From: Euglena gracilis
Lineage: Eukaryota
Direction of reading: 5' to 3'
NCBI GenBank assembly: GCA_039621445.1
Contig: CP154954.1
Span: 26,672,954 to 26,736,953, forward strand
Length of the DNA stretch: 64,000 nucleotides
A model generated the notes under the pieces. It had not been told where the DNA came from and did not search any database. It saw nothing but the letters and a program-made list of their open reading frames with translations. Positions 1 to 13,401 of the stretch are shown in pieces. A program made the position numbers and the translations under genes. Position 1 is the stretch's first letter. Each line of letters begins with the position of its first letter.

Positions 1-986
1 GTTTGATTTTTGGGGAAAAAAAGCCGGCGCCAGTGTCCATCACCGTTACCGCCTCTCCACTCCACGGTCCACCAGGGCCCCCTTTTGCTTGTAAAGTGGG
101 GGTCGTGGGGAATATGACACAGATGCCTGGGCTCACCATCATGGGAAGCTTGTCGGTATCGATGTATTTGGTGGGGGGGAGCCGAGCACCCCCTCCCCCC
201 CTAGATTTTGAAGAAGGGTGTCTGGACCCCCACCCCTCCTCTTCGCAGCTGTGCACCGGAAAATAAACAAAAACAATTTTATACTCACTTTGAGCATTTT
301 GCCCTTTTTTTTGATGTTTTGGTGTTTTCCACAAAGAAGATCTTCAAAAATTTTCTTTTTCATTAAGCTTTTTTTTGGATTTGTTTTCAAAAGAAAAATC
401 AGGAATTTCCCAACACTTTGGGCCTGGTATCCCCCTTTGCCCATCCGCAAACCCGAAAGTTTCCGGGCTCATGCCAGTTCCGAGGTTGGGGAGGGCAACC
501 CCCCCCCCTCCATGTCAGGAGGGGGGTCCCACCTTCCCCCCTCCCTCAAGGCTTTCATTCCTGACCATCCTTGTGGAAAAGCAGTGGATGGGAAAGGTTT
601 GACGGCGTCCCAGAGCTGGAGCGGGGTGTCAGGAGCACCGCATGCCGGTGGTTGACGCTCATTTCATGGCTGGCAACGACCACAGCGGGGGGGGGGTGTG
701 ACAGTTGATCAAATGATCAAATGTTCTGTTCGCCTCGGGACGCTTGCCGGGGGCGAGGATGCCCCTCCAAAGCGTTGCATTCAGGCCATGTTTCGGCGGT
801 GTTTCTGGTCGAGCCTTTGGGAAGCAGCTGACGTTGGTGTTCTTCATTGGTTGCAGCAGCGTTGGCGGTGGTTGTTGATTTAAGTTTGTTTCACTTTTCT
901 TTTGTTTTGGGCCGTGCACGTTCCGCTCCCGTTATTTTTTTGTGCCATCCCCCGCCCCCCTTCCCACCCCCCCCCCCCCCCCGCAG

Positions 987-1090
987 CCTGCGCCGCCCGC
1001 CTCGGCATGGCGGGCGTCAGCCTCGTCATCGAAACCGCCACCTGCGACTTCTTTTCCGTGTTCCCGGCGGCGCAGCGGTTGCGACCCGCT
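987..1090 (+). CDS. Putative internal exon of unidentified host gene (ACAARLGMAGVSLVIETATCDFFSVFPAAQ...)
   Basis: Poly-C tract + GCAG acceptor at 986, then GC3-rich open codons; donor position uncertain. Confidence 0.5.
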
Positions 1091-2765
1091 GTGTGGGTCC
1101 TGCAGGGGCTGGTCATGCCAGCCTGTATGCCTGGCCTGCTTGTCTCCCTACCTCCGCCTGCCCCCCCCCCGCCCGCCCACCCCTCGCCGTTTGGGCTGAA
1201 GGGCCACCCTCAGCCTGCCATGGAGTGCGCTGCGAAAGGGTTGGGCCCAATCGTCCGTCGACGCGAGAGGTGCTGTTGGGTGACGAAGTGGAGGCACTCC
1301 AAGGGGTAACGCAGCACGCAGAGCGTGTCTTTTTTATCTGGCACTTGGGGGTTTGCCGGCCCTGCTGTTCTCGGGGCCTGCAATTGCGTTTTCAGTTCCA
1401 CAAATGGGTTGGAGAGCCCATCCCAAGATCTCCATCAGATCATCCATCAGATAAGCAGTTTCTTACGGATTCAAAAAGCCATTTCAATTTGTGTCATTTT
1501 TTTTTTCACCGTCTTTTGTGCATCTTTGCGCGGGTTTTCTGATGCTCCCTGCGCAGTGATAAAGTGAACGCTCCCCGCACAGCAACAAAATGTGGTGGAA
1601 TTTCTCTGCGAATTACCCGGGGTGCCGTGGAAGCAGTGCCTGCTGGTACCTGGTTCATCTCCCTCTTATAAAAGTCCCAAGATAGAGTTTGTTGTGTTAC
1701 CTCAAGCTGGAAAGAACCATCAAATTACTTTCCAGACCTCAGAGGAGGCGACATTTCTGTCCTCCGTGGTAGACGCACCCCTTCGAAATGGGGCAGGCAC
1801 ATTTTGGCCATTTCGTCCTTTTGGTCCAGAATAGGGCTGTTCAGGAAAGGGTGGTGGTGGGGGGAGGGGCGACCACCAGACCCTCCTACACTTCAGGGGC
1901 GACACTTCTTGGGTCAGAATTCGCCCATTCATCGGGATCGGGCAGGGCGTTGTGGGAAGGCCTGGTGGGGAGGGGGGGGTCAGGCCTGCCCACCCACCAC
2001 AGCGCCATGCGAAGCAGAACTGCCATAGCCATGGCATGGGGTATGAGACGTCGTTGACGAGGAGCGCTCTGGATGTAGTTTGGGGGTATTGGGGGGGTGC
2101 GGCAGGTTCAGCGAATGAAGCCAAAATGTCCAGATGCATTTTACCCAGAACAGAGAATACACCCAGAACAGAGATTTTTTTTCCAGCTCACCAGGGGGGG
2201 GGGTCGGGCTGAGTGGGTACCCTCCGAGAGACGGGGGTTTCCTCTATTTTCAGCGCAAAGAGCCCCTTGAACTGGGTCCCCCGAGCCCCCCTCTCGGGCC
2301 CCCCAAGGGTGTGCGTGGGTCGGTCCGGACCCCCCTCCCCCAGGTCCTAATAAAACGTCTGGCCCAAAATGCCCCGTTTGCGTCGCGATTCCTTTGGGTG
2401 GGTGCCTCGATGGACAGCCAGGGAGGTCCATATGGACATCTTTTCTTTCAAAGCACTGCCCTTGGCCTTAAGGGCCGGCCTTCGCCCGGGCTGGGGCTCG
2501 AAGGGTGGGAGAATGTGAATAAAAAAGAACACATTTTTTGACGCTTTGATGAAATGGCGATGGTCCCAGGTTGCCCAGGTGTCCACCTTTTTTGGCCAAA
2601 ATATGGTGATATGGCGCTTTTTTTGACATTTCCTTTTCCGGATTTATGGTGTGGTGGTGAGTGGTGGTGGGACGGGATTTTTTCCCGCTCAGGACCGCCA
2701 CTGTCCAGACATTCCTGCAACCGCACCGGGCGCATATGCACCACTGCCCCCCCCCCTGCCCGCAG

Positions 2766-2890
2766 CGTGCAGCAACTTCGGTATCGGGTTCATAGCGCCG
2801 TACACCGTGAAGCGCTACCAGTCGGACAACACCACGTTGTTGGATTTCATTGTGGCGGACCCCCTCATGGATGGATGCCTCGCCCAGACG
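2766..2890 (+). CDS. Host gene exon (CSNFGIGFIAPYTVKRYQSDNTTLLDFIVADPLMDGCLAQT)
   Basis: C-tract + GCAG acceptor, GT donor at 2891; ends in phase 0, matching the next exon at 4175. Confidence 0.7.
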
Positions 2891-4174
2891 GTGCACCCCC
2901 CCCAGAGTGCTGACCTGTCCAATGAGTGCCCTGGAAAGTGCCGGTTCCCACATCTCCGGAGGACCCCACAATTGAGGGGAGGCGGAGTGCTCAGTCAATG
3001 ACTGCAGCTCACACGCCAATACAAAAAGAAAAATGCAGCAGCAGGTTGCCCATGGCTTCGTATCCCGTTGAAGCTGCAGTGTCAATGACGATGTCACCCT
3101 CAGGAAATTTCTTGATTTGGGAGGGGAGCTGAATTTGAGCTGAATTTGGTTGGGAAAGGACCTTCCAGGGCAACCTTCTACACCCGGGAACCTTTTCCAA
3201 GTATTGTCTGTTGATTAAATTGAAATCTCTGGGAATCGATATGTCTGGATGTTGTTTTTCGTCAGGAAAGGAACGCAAATGTTGGGCATTTGGGGGCTGG
3301 CCTCTGGACACATACTCGTCAACCTGGTTTCATACATTTGTAATTGACTGAAGGCACTCCAACCCGATTTCTGCCAAACAAAGAAAGCAATTGGGGAGGG
3401 CGAATGGGGGGGGGGGGTCGGACAGGGAGTCAACTGCATGCAGCCAAGACTGCAGGTCCAGCCTGGAGGAACATTTGTGGGGGAGATAGGTATGAGTTTG
3501 GGCTGCCTGCTTGCTCCATTGCATGCCGTTGTTCTTCACCAGTGGGTGTCACCAGTAATGACAAAACCCCTGAATGGGGAGGACATTTGGGGTTTACAAA
3601 TACCCTCTCTTGGGGCAAGATTTCATATGTATGCTGCAAAATACTGTTCATCAACCAGGCATACGTTTTAAGTCATTTTTGTAATTAAAAACTTCAAGGC
3701 ATTTTAATGTACTTTTTATGGTTTTTTAAGGCATATTGAGGCATTTTTAAGGTGCTATTTCCCACAGTGCAAGGGTTGTCCAGGCATTGAACGAACTTCT
3801 TTTTGATTTTGCATGTGGTTAAAAAAGCCCATTTTTTGAGTCTTGGTTGGATAGGCAATGTTACATGGATGCCAAAATCATATTCTTCGTGGAGTTGGCT
3901 TATTTTTGCCGAGATGTGATTTGTTGTTGTTTTTTTGCTCGGTCGGAGAGAATTCTGCCAGTCCGAATTTTTACAGCATTTTAAAGCATTTTGGCCACAA
4001 ATTTTGAGGCGCATTTTTCAGGCATTTTAAGGTGTTCTGAGGCACCTTAAAACCAATGCCTGGCAGCGACGGTGACGGCCATGGCTGACCCCGTGACGGT
4101 GCGGGCCAGTCCTGTCATTCTCGGCCCCACCACGCATGGCACCACTCGACCCTCCCCCCCCCCCTGCCCCGCAG

Positions 4175-4313
4175 ATCACGCCGGTCACGCTGCCGCCGGA
4201 GCTGCAGGGCGGGTCGTGGTTCTCCTTCACGCCGGCCACCGGCATCGCCTCCGCTGACCTCACGCTGCTGTTCTCCGGCTTCTTGTTCAGTGCCATCAGC
4301 CAGACTGCCGGAG
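4175..4313 (+). CDS. Host gene exon (ITPVTLPPELQGGSWFSFTPATGIASADLTLLFSGFLFSAISQTAG)
   Basis: C-tract + GCAG acceptor, GT donor; phase 1 end joins GG at 5871 to make Gly. Confidence 0.75.
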
Positions 4314-4644
4314 GTGTCCTCTGGTGGCAAACCCCCCAATTTGTTGCGACAAAGCAGAGCGGCACGGGAAACCATGGTTTAAAAATGTGCGGCATATAGC
4401 GCACCGATGAGGACAGACCTGAAATGCAGTCATACACCTGGTGAGCCATCTTGTACCTTGTGGTCAGTATGTGTCATATACCTTGTGGTCAGTCATCTGT
4501 GGGCCTCGTTGTGTAAAATGTCTGCCATCTGTGGCTTCCAATAAAAGAGACATGCTTTGAGTTGTCACGATTGCCAATTGGATCGTATCATGCTTCCCAC
4601 ACCATCCAGCCCCTTCTATTAGAGGACATATGCAAGCATGCTCG

Positions 4645-4766
4645 CGCACTCGCACGCGTGCGCACGCACGCGCGCGCGCACACACAGACACACACACACG
4701 CACGCACGCACACGCACGCACGCACGCACGCTTGCACGCACACACACACACATACACGCACGCACA

Positions 4767-4842
<76 letters not shown>
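4645..4842. repeat. Compound microsatellite (CACG)n/(CA)n/(GA)n
   Basis: Direct reading of sequence. Confidence 0.95.
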
Positions 4843-4846
<4 letters not shown>

Positions 4847-4913
4847 TGGGGAGGCTTGCCATAATTGGGTGTTGGTCATTGGAAGACACCAAATTTTGCT
4901 GTCAGATGCCAAC

Positions 4914-5219
4914 CAGGCTTGTGCTTAGTCGGGTGCCTACCCCACGGGGGGGGGGTGCTAGGGGCAGGCACCCCATAGCACCCGATCCGACCCCCCGGGG
5001 GGGGGGGTAGGGTTTTGGGGGGTGCCTGCCCCTAGCAGGCACCCCTCTCCGACCCCGGCGCCGAAGGCGCCGGGGGCCCGGAAACGGCCATTTTCAATGA
5101 AAATTTTCTGGGTCCGGCCCGGACCCCTATCCCCCCGGGGGGGGGGAGTGCCTGCTAGGGGCAGGCACCCTATAGCACCCAACCCCCCCCTCCCCCCCCG
5201 GTTGGTAAGCACAAGCATG
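4914..5219. mobile_element. hAT-type MITE
   Basis: TIR CAGGCTTGTGCTTA / TAAGCACAAGCATG; perfect 8-bp TSD ATGCCAAC (4906-4913, 5220-5227); internal GGCAGGCACCC repeats. Confidence 0.85.
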
Positions 5220-5870
5220 ATGCCAACGTTGTCCTCCTGGAAGGATGCTAAGTAATGTCCCTCGGGAATATTATTTAGTTTGATGAACTCCACCCGGGGT
5301 AGTTATTTTGGGGAAATGGGGGGGGCACCTGGGGGGATGTTATTTGGAAAGGTATCATTTGGTGGTGCAACATTGCAACATCCACACCACATGCATTCTG
5401 GCGCACACCATACCTTCATATTGAGGGGAGTCATGGGAGGAGTGTGAAGGTCAACAACGAGATTTTTAGTGAACGAAGTCTGGACAGTGGTGTCAAATTC
5501 AACCTGATTTGGGCAGGAGTACCCACAAAGGGTTGGCGGCACGTCCAATTTACAAACGGGAGTCTGTTGGTGTGAGACCCAGCTGTTTGCTTCATCCATG
5601 CCTGCCTTTAAACGTGGGTTGGTTGCAATGGGTATAAACGGTGTCTGGGTGTGCCAAGATGGGTCGCTCCACAAAAACAAAAATAAGAAGAGCAAAGTCA
5701 TAAGTCGTCCGCTCTAGCGCACTCACCTTGTCCGGAACCACCCACATATGCGCCACCACAAAAACGTCCAGGGGGATGGCCCCACAGCGTCATCCACCTC
5801 ACACAATGGCACTTGTGGAAGGCAGTGGAGCCCCGGGCCTCATCAGCCCCCCCCTTCCCGGGACTCTCAG

Positions 5871-5967
5871 GGGTCGTGTACGCCAAGGTGTCCGCCGTCC
5901 CGGACAACTCTTGCAACGGCTACGCCTACAGTCCCGCCCGGGACCTCATCGTCAGCCCCAGCACCAA
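5871..5967 (+). CDS. Host gene exon (GVVYAKVSAVPDNSCNGYAYSPARDLIVSPSTK)
   Basis: CTCAG acceptor, AA|GT donor in phase 2, compatible with G at 6712 (Lys). Confidence 0.75.
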
Positions 5968-6030
5968 GTGTGTGTGCGCCGGACCCTCGCGACACCCACC
6001 GCGCGCCCGGCGACGGCGATGGCGACGGCC

Positions 6031-6441
6031 CATGGGGTTTTCTTGAGCCGGGGGGTCCAGCCTCCCAGCCAAGCCAGGTTGCCCAGCCAGCCAGCACTTT
6101 TTGTCCAGCCAGCAGTCGGAGATTTTTTTGAAGTTTCATGACCGAGGGGAGGGAGGGAAGGGAGGGAGGGTGGGTCCCGGCCAAGCCCAACCCCCCAGGG
6201 GGTGGGGGTCGGGCGGAATGGGTTCCCCGCCAGAGGCGGGTTTTCTTCTATTTTCGGTGTGAAGCTCTGTATTTTTTGACCCCAAAATTGACCTCCTAAA
6301 AGTGTCCCGAGCCCCCCCCCCCCGCCCCCGCGGCCCCCAGGGGGTGGGTGGGTGGGTGCCCCGGGTTCTAAAAAACCTCTTCCAGCAGGCCAAAGCCAGT
6401 CAGTGCGGGGACCCACCCCCGAGGTCCTTAAGAAAACCCTG
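6031..6441. mobile_element. Probable MITE (GGGGTTTTCTT ... AAGAAAACCCTG termini)
   Basis: Imperfect TIR resembling the 60219 MITE, G/C-run rich interior; TSD not clean. Confidence 0.5.
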
Positions 6442-6711
6442 ACGATGCCCCCTTCTTGTGGAACTCGGGTTCCGGGGGGATGGCATTGAATGAAGGGGCC
6501 CATGTTCCCAGGCAACTCAGTCCGGGCTGGTGAGGCGCATTGTTCCCGAATCCCTGTGGGCCCGGCTCTTCCCAGGAACTTTGGAGCAAACCTTGTGCGA
6601 CGAGTTCCCCCCCCCCGCCCCGTTGCCGATGGGCGTGGTCGCTGCTCTGCCAGCTGCAGTGTGTGGGCCCCGCGCTGCTGGAGCCGCCGATGCCCCCCCC
6701 CCCCCTCGCAG

Positions 6712-6818
6712 GATGGTGACGGTGAATATTGCCCAGAGCGGGGAGTACAACGTGTGCGTCAAGGTGCTCACCACCTGGCAGCTGGCGCCGATGAACCTGG
6801 TGGTGCAGCCCGCCCCCG
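6712..6818 (+). CDS. Host gene exon (MVTVNIAQSGEYNVCVKVLTTWQLAPMNLVVQPAP)
   Basis: C-tract + CGCAG acceptor, G|GTGTGA donor in phase 1, compatible with AT at 7029 (Asp). Confidence 0.75.
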
Positions 6819-7028
6819 GTGTGAGGGGCCTGTGACGCCCCCTGAGGAGGAGTGGGTTGGGGGGGGGGACGCACACTGCACAGCCGTGACGGCGATCAGA
6901 CACCTCTCCCCTTCTCCTGAATCACATCAGGCTTTAAAAAAAAAAGTGTTCCTGGTCAGACCCCCCCCGCTTCACAAATGCATTCGCGCATGACGGCGCC
7001 CCCACCTCACCAGTGTTTTCCCGTCCAG

Positions 7029-7090
7029 ATGTGGGCTCCATCGTGGGCGGCGGCAGCACCTCGGGTTCCCCATCCAGGGGCTTTGCTTCG
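7029..7090 (+). CDS. Host gene exon (DVGSIVGGGSTSGSPSRGFAS), 3' end uncertain
   Basis: TCCAG acceptor, phase consistent with upstream exon; donor ambiguous (7091 or ~7130). Confidence 0.5.
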
Positions 7091-7440
7091 GTGGCAATCC
7101 ATACCACCTGGCCCCCCTTGTCCATCTATGTCGCGGGGGGGGGGGGGCTGCTTCCCAAAGAAAATGAAAACAAGAAGGCGTTGGCGGGCTGGATTGGCAG
7201 CCACAGCACGCCCGCAGTGGGGGACACGCAAAACACAAACCCACAACCACAGCAAGCCAGATGGAGAGCCTTGTCCGCCCATTCGTGTTTCTTTCCTTCT
7301 GCGCGACCGGGCCGCAAACCTGCCAACCTTTCGAAGGCCTTCCGCCAATCCACTGATGTGCTCGCACGTCTGCCGACACGACGTCTGGAAATGTCAGCTT
7401 CGGGCAAATGCCGGCCACCCGGTCGGCCGGTGCCGGCGAG

Positions 7441-7552
7441 GAAGGAGGCGGGGCCCTGGCTGGGGTGAGCTCGGAGTCGCCCTCCAGCGCGAACAGCCCT
7501 GCCATCATCATCACCTCGACCCAGCCCATCTTCTATGGCTACTCGTCGTGCG
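7441..7552 (+). CDS. Probable host gene exon (..SSESPSSANSPAIIITSTQPIFYGYSSC)
   Basis: GC3-rich codon pattern like neighbouring exons; both boundaries approximate, possible GC donor. Confidence 0.45.
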
Positions 7553-8037
7553 GCTTGCTGTTGACCGCTCAACCAAGCCTGTGTGGCTGCTACGCCATCG
7601 GTGTGCTCGGTTTGCCGATGACGAAGAAATTCAACACTGCGCAAATTTGGTTTTATGCATTTCTGGTGTTTGGGTAATTTTGAAGATTTTTCAAAATTCG
7701 AAATTTCATGAATTCAAGACATTTCCTGGCAGATGTCAAAAGAGTCACCGGACAGAACCCCGTAACCTTCAGACATTAAAACACACGCAAACACAATCGT
7801 GCTTAGCCACCCTTTTTTGCATGTTTTGTGGTTGTTTTTTTTTGTGTTGTGCGTTTCGAGGATCCATGTTGCGCCACCCCCCCCCTGGTTGTGTGGTGTG
7901 CAAATGGGGTACAGTCCGTGCAGATTGTGGGGCGGCTGGCAGGCCGGCGGCCGGCTCACCCTGCCCTCCCCTGCGCGTGCCGGGCGGGGGTCCGTTGCGC
8001 ATCCGAGAGGCCCTCCGCCCCGTCCCCTCCCCAACAG

Positions 8038-8116
8038 GCACCGCGGCCGACAGCGGCTCGTCCCAGCTGCCGGCGGACCTCCCGTCGGAGGTCTTCTTCA
8101 GCATGCTCCAGCCCAG
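8038..8116 (+). CDS. Host gene exon (GTAADSGSSQLPADLPSEVFFSMLQPR)
   Basis: C-tract + ACAG acceptor; AG|GC donor would give phase 2, matching exon at 9675. Confidence 0.55.
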
Positions 8117-8367
8117 GCCGCGGCAGGACGCACCCGTGTGCGAGGGGGGCAGAGGGGGGTCTCGCAGTTTCCCTTTGTGGACTGGGGCCTGCGTGATAAT
8201 GGGGATGGAACTGTGACTGTCAGGAGGAGGAGGCAGTGGAATGGGAGGGAGTGAATGAATGTAAGGGTAGTAATAATGCAATTCAATAATAATATAATGT
8301 TGATATAATCCATACATGATATTCATGACCTCATGTGCTAATTCACAATCTCCTGAATGACAACGTA

Positions 8368-8467
8368 TGGTATGATATGATATAAAATGACATGACATGA
8401 CATGACATGATATGATATGATATGATATGATATGATATGATATGATATGATATGATATGATATGATA
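8368..8467. repeat. Pentanucleotide microsatellite (ATGAT)n/(ATGAC)n
   Basis: Direct reading. Confidence 0.95.
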
Positions 8468-9674
8468 TAACATTGTATAATGTAATAGCACATGAGCATA
8501 AAGCGTGGGGGATGGGGTTTCCAAGGGTGGGTGGGCCGGTTTGAACTTTTGGACCCCCCAGGGCTTCCCCAGGGTTGGGGATTGCTGTGGGTATGCCTGA
8601 GGTCGGCTGCTGGGGAATTTTTGAAGTTTTTTTTGGCTGATTTCAGTGGTTTTGGGCTGGTGAGCCTTTGGAACCCCCCCCCCCACAAAAGGGTTGGGTT
8701 GGGCTTTCGAAGGAAAGAAAAGTGGGCGGGTTGGATTTCATTTCATTCCCTGGGGTTGCCAACAAAATTTATGGTCGAGGTAAGACGCAGGTTTGACCTA
8801 TGAGACATCTCGGGTGGTCACGATTTCAATTATTTGTGAGAGTTTCAAAAAAAATTCCTGCTGCGTCATTCGGTAATGTTTTCTTCATTCCGATGGAATT
8901 CGATTTCGCACAAAAAATATTTCTTTCTTTTGAAACTTTTGTGGTTGTCGCTCGAAATAAGACCTCCCACATTTCTTTTGTAGATTCCAGTTGGAGTTGA
9001 TCCAATGTCAAGAAAAAGAAGCCTATCCCCAAAACCTTGCAGTTGCATATTGCAGTTGCAACAAAAAAACTCTTTGACCTCTTTAATCTCTGAGCACCCA
9101 GCTCACAACTACTTTCACGTTGCATGAATGATCAAATGCATTGTTGGTATGAAAGGATTTTAAGGCAATTTTACCCTCCACGGATAAGAAAAATGACCGA
9201 AAATGGCCGAAAATGGCTGAAAATGGCGAAAATCTGGGGTCGACTTTTGCTGCTTGATCCTGATGGGTGATCTTCACCCAAAAAAATTTCTTCGGGGTTG
9301 CCAGCTTTTCGTTCAAAACTCCCCATGTGTTTTTGGCACCGATACCTGACCCACCCCCTCCTGGGCAGACAGTCAACCCCCCACCCCTCCACCGGCTTCC
9401 CACACGCCCACCCCCGCGTCACCTCCAAAGACCCAAGCGGCGCCCGAACAAAGGGGACGGAAGGGGAACAGGAGGAGGGCCTCGAAGCCGAGGGATGCCC
9501 CGGATGAGCAAACAAGTCATCGCCGGCTGCTGCACAAGCGAGCCGTTCCGCACGTGTGTGCCCCCCCTCCCCCGACCCCGCTTTGAGGCATCATGGTTTT
9601 GGCCACCCCCAGCCCGCCGGACCTGTGTTGCGGCCAGCCCCCCCCCCCCCCCCGCCCCGCTGTCCCCCTCCCAG

Positions 9675-9711
9675 GCAGTCGCCGCTGCCGGCGGACAGCA
9701 CCGTGGGAGGG
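9675..9711 (+). CDS. Possible short host exon (QSPLPADSTVGG)
   Basis: C-tract + CCAG acceptor, GT donor, phase-compatible with 8116; no further exon recognised downstream. Confidence 0.4.
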
Positions 9712-10263
9712 GTGTGGGGCACGTGCTATTAGGCCGCCCCCTCCCGATGAAGGCCCGCCGCCCCCCGGGCCGCGCAAGCAATGCTCCCCTTCAACCGACG
9801 GCGTACGGGATCTGGACTCCCCTGGGTTGGTGTCGCTCACCCATTTCTGTCGTGTGACAAGAATTGTAACCCTCCTGGGCATGGCCTTCATGTTTGTGTA
9901 TGTCGGCTGTATTGAAACTGAATTGTCCATGGGATCGTTTGTTTTGATCAGTGTTCTGTTCCCTGGAGCCCAGAATAATAATAATTAGAATGAGAATAAT
10001 TGATGACGTTGAGTACAATGTTCAACCCCCCCCGAACCAAGAGTTGGCAGGAATTCCAGGTATTTGTTAGGGGGTTGCCCGCAAATTTCAGTCACAAATA
10101 ATCACAAATCATCACAAATAACGGCAAATAAACGCAAAAAAGGCAGAATCTTTTAGGAGCTCACCTGGGATGTACATTTTCGGCTGGAGAGGACTTCGAA
10201 AAAATTTCGGCTGTTTTTTTTGCGTCGCGTTTTTCCAGCGTCCGTGTTGCGTCCCCCCCCCCC

Positions 10264-10704
10264 CAGGGTTCGATATAAGGAGGGCGTACATGGTTTAGGT
10301 GGGGGGGGGTGTCCCCCACCACCCCCCCCCCCCACCTGGCCCGCAGGGGGGGGTCCGGACCACCCCCCCCCCCCACCTGCAAGGGGGGTCCGGACCGACC
10401 CTCGGGGGCAAAAATTGACCCCCCCCAAAAAGGGTCAATTTTTTCCTCCGGCGCTTTGCGCCGAAATTTTTTTGCATTTTTGGCACATTTTTGCCCAAAA
10501 AGTGCCCAAAATGGCACTTTTGGTCGTTTTGGGGGGTCAAAAATTTTCGGCCCGGCGCTTCGCGCCGGGCCGAAAATTCGGCCACCCTGACCGCGCACCT
10601 GTTTAGGTGGGGGGTGTCTCCCCCCCCCCCCCCCCCCCCCCCTCCTGGCCCGCAGGGGGGGGTCCGGACCACCCCCCCCCCACCTGTCCTTATATCGAAC
10701 CCTG
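10264..10704. mobile_element. MITE with TIR CAGGGTTCGATATAAGGA
   Basis: 18-bp perfect TIR, flanked on both sides by poly-C (TSD unresolvable); internal ~90 bp direct duplication. Confidence 0.75.
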
Positions 10705-13401
10705 CCCCCCCCATCCTTTTGGGAGGGGGGGAGAATCCAGATGCAGGCGGACTCAGCTGTTCTGTTGTGCTCAATTCTGGCAGTCCCTCCCCCTGAGGGC
10801 CTAAACCCCCTCCAAATTTATTTGGCAGAGAAACCTGGTTTTGACCTTCCCCCTTCACGCGACACCTCGGGCTCCCCACTTTGCCCTTGCGAAGCCATGC
10901 CTTGCTCGCCGGCGGTGCTGTTTGGATTGTTTGCTGCGTTGGGCTAGGGGTCCCTGCTTAGTGCCTTTTTCGCCGGAGTTGGCTTACTCCTAATTTTCCC
11001 TTCGGCACCCAGAAGAAAGGAACATCAAATACCACATCAATTGAGAAAAGAAGAAGACAATCCAGCAGTTCAAATTATCCAGAAAGTCACGCTCGTGCAG
11101 AACCTCAAATCAAAAGTTGTTGAATTTTTCGACAGAGTTCAATGGCAGATGCCACTTCAAAGATGCACAGCGCTTCAGGAGGGAGAAGCAGCAGAAGCTG
11201 GACAACCTGACGACGCGGGTCGACTGTGGCGAACCGTGGCTGTCCCTTCCCCAAAAGAAACTTCCCCCACAGAGATTTCCAGCACCCAAACCCCCCAAAA
11301 GTGATGGCCACGGACCCGGGCAGACAGTGGTCAGAAGACCCCGAAAGGGGCAGAAGCAACATCCACCAGCAGGCAACTACGGCCATTGGCGCCAGGACCA
11401 TGGGGGCAAACATTACACAACACACAATGCATCCAAGCGGGGCTATGGCAGCCAAAACCGCACAGGCCATGAAGGCAACAAAGGCCATGAAGGCACAACC
11501 GGCCATGAAGGCATCTACATCATCATAAGTCGCTGGAACAAAGGCCAAGGGGGCCACCAGAATAAGGCCCCACAGGACATGGCAGGGGCAAAAAAGGTCA
11601 AACACCCCCCCACCCTTTCTCATTCACATCACCCCTCAGGGGTGATGTGAATGAGAAAGGGTGGGGCCCCAAGAACCCCTCAAGATTTCAAATGGGCTTG
11701 GCAGCCCCAAACCACTTCAGGAGCAAAGGAGTGGCCACCAGAGGCCCCCCAAGTTTTTTAACGGGCATAGCCAAGATTGTTATCAACAAGACCAACCGTT
11801 TCAAGGCCATTGGGCCCATCAATTATCAGAAGGGGGGCAACCCCAGAAGCTAAAAGATTGTCCCCCAACAGGGGAATTGTATATACTACTCTAGTGGCAG
11901 GCCCAGGAGGATGCAGCCCAAGGGGCAGTGGAGGACAAGGGGGCAGCCCCCCTTCAAGTTTCTTCTTCAATGCCCATGGAAGGGGCAAGTTAAAACAAGG
12001 GGGATATCCAACAAGGGGCCCCTATGGTATGTCGAATGGCAACACCAACGACAAAGTCGAGGATCAGAGAGCCTGTGAGAAGAGCATGCAACCCCCCCAG
12101 CAACCCCTGCAGAATGCCCAATCCCAAGGGGCACCATGGGTGCAGTGTCCAACACCCCCCACCAAACCCCCAGAAAATCACGTGATTGGGAAAATAAATT
12201 CCATGGAGGAAAAATGGGGAGATACCACCCTACACCAGAAGCTTCAGAAAAGTCTAAAAAGGTGGTCAAAAAATGCCCCCCCAGCAACATGTCAATTGAT
12301 AAAAAATGGAATTCAACCCCCCTGGGTGAATCCCCCAAAATTGTCCACCCACCCTGGAGCCAACCTGGACCTGAACCAAGCAGAAAAAATTTTGCTGGAT
12401 TACAAAAAAATGGGTCAGTGAAACGAGTTTAGGATTCAGAAATCCAGCATTTGATCTCATGGTTTTTAATTTCAAAACCAGAGGGAGGAACAACCAAGTG
12501 GAGAATGATCAGCGACTGCAGAGAAATAAATCAGCAGTTTCAAGTAAAACCTTTCAAGCTGGACCATATCCAGCACATTTTTCCAGTTTTGAAAAAAGGT
12601 GACGACCTTTTGAGTTCGACCGCCGGGCGGCGGAGTTTTTCCTTTTAGAAGGCCTTTTCAAAGGCGGTTTAGCTCTAATCATAACGCTTTCTAAAGATTT
12701 CCTTAAAATTCCCTCTCCTAGGGCGCCCATGGTTTGGTTGTGCAAGGAGAGAGAATGAGTGATGCTAGGTATTCCCAAAGGGTTATTTTGGGTCTATTTA
12801 GCACGTTTTAGGCTTTTTATGCATTTTTCCTTTGGCTTTAAGGGAAAATGTTGGATTGGGTGAGAGCGCTTGCAAGTGCTTGGAACAGATTTTCCTGAGA
12901 TTGGCGCCTGAGTTCCTGGAGTTTTTGGGGGGGTTTGCAAGACTCAAAAATGATGGAACTCAGCATAATTTATCAAAATCAAGGGGGGGAACCTTGATTT
13001 TGACCTGGGTTGGTTGATTTTGATGCAACGGGCAAGAATTTGGGATTTGAGAGCGCTTAGGAATCAGCGCACTCAATCCTAAATTTAATTGCCCATCAAG
13101 GGCATCAAAATCATATTTTCTCTCACAGGGGTTCCATTTATTTTCCTTTTGGCCATTGTCAATTGTTGCAATTACAAACAATTATTATTGTGAATTCAAG
13201 CATTGGAATTGCAATTGCAAATGGAAAGTCCAATTGAGAACAATCAATCAAGCCAACAAGAGGGTGAGGTTTGTTCCCCCAATCCCCCTCCATGTGTGGG
13301 AAAAGGGGCAGGGGGCTGGGGCTCCCAAACTCAGGCAACCACAGGCCAAATTTCACCCCAAAACCCCCTTTTTGGCCCAGAAACTGTGAGAAATGACACC
13401 C

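Noticed and set aside
4464-5010. Overlapping ORFs with HT/RE/CV repeats
   Set aside because: Translations of a microsatellite
6978-8216. 412-aa ORF
   Set aside because: Low-complexity, spans introns out of frame with the exon chain; GC-rich chance ORF
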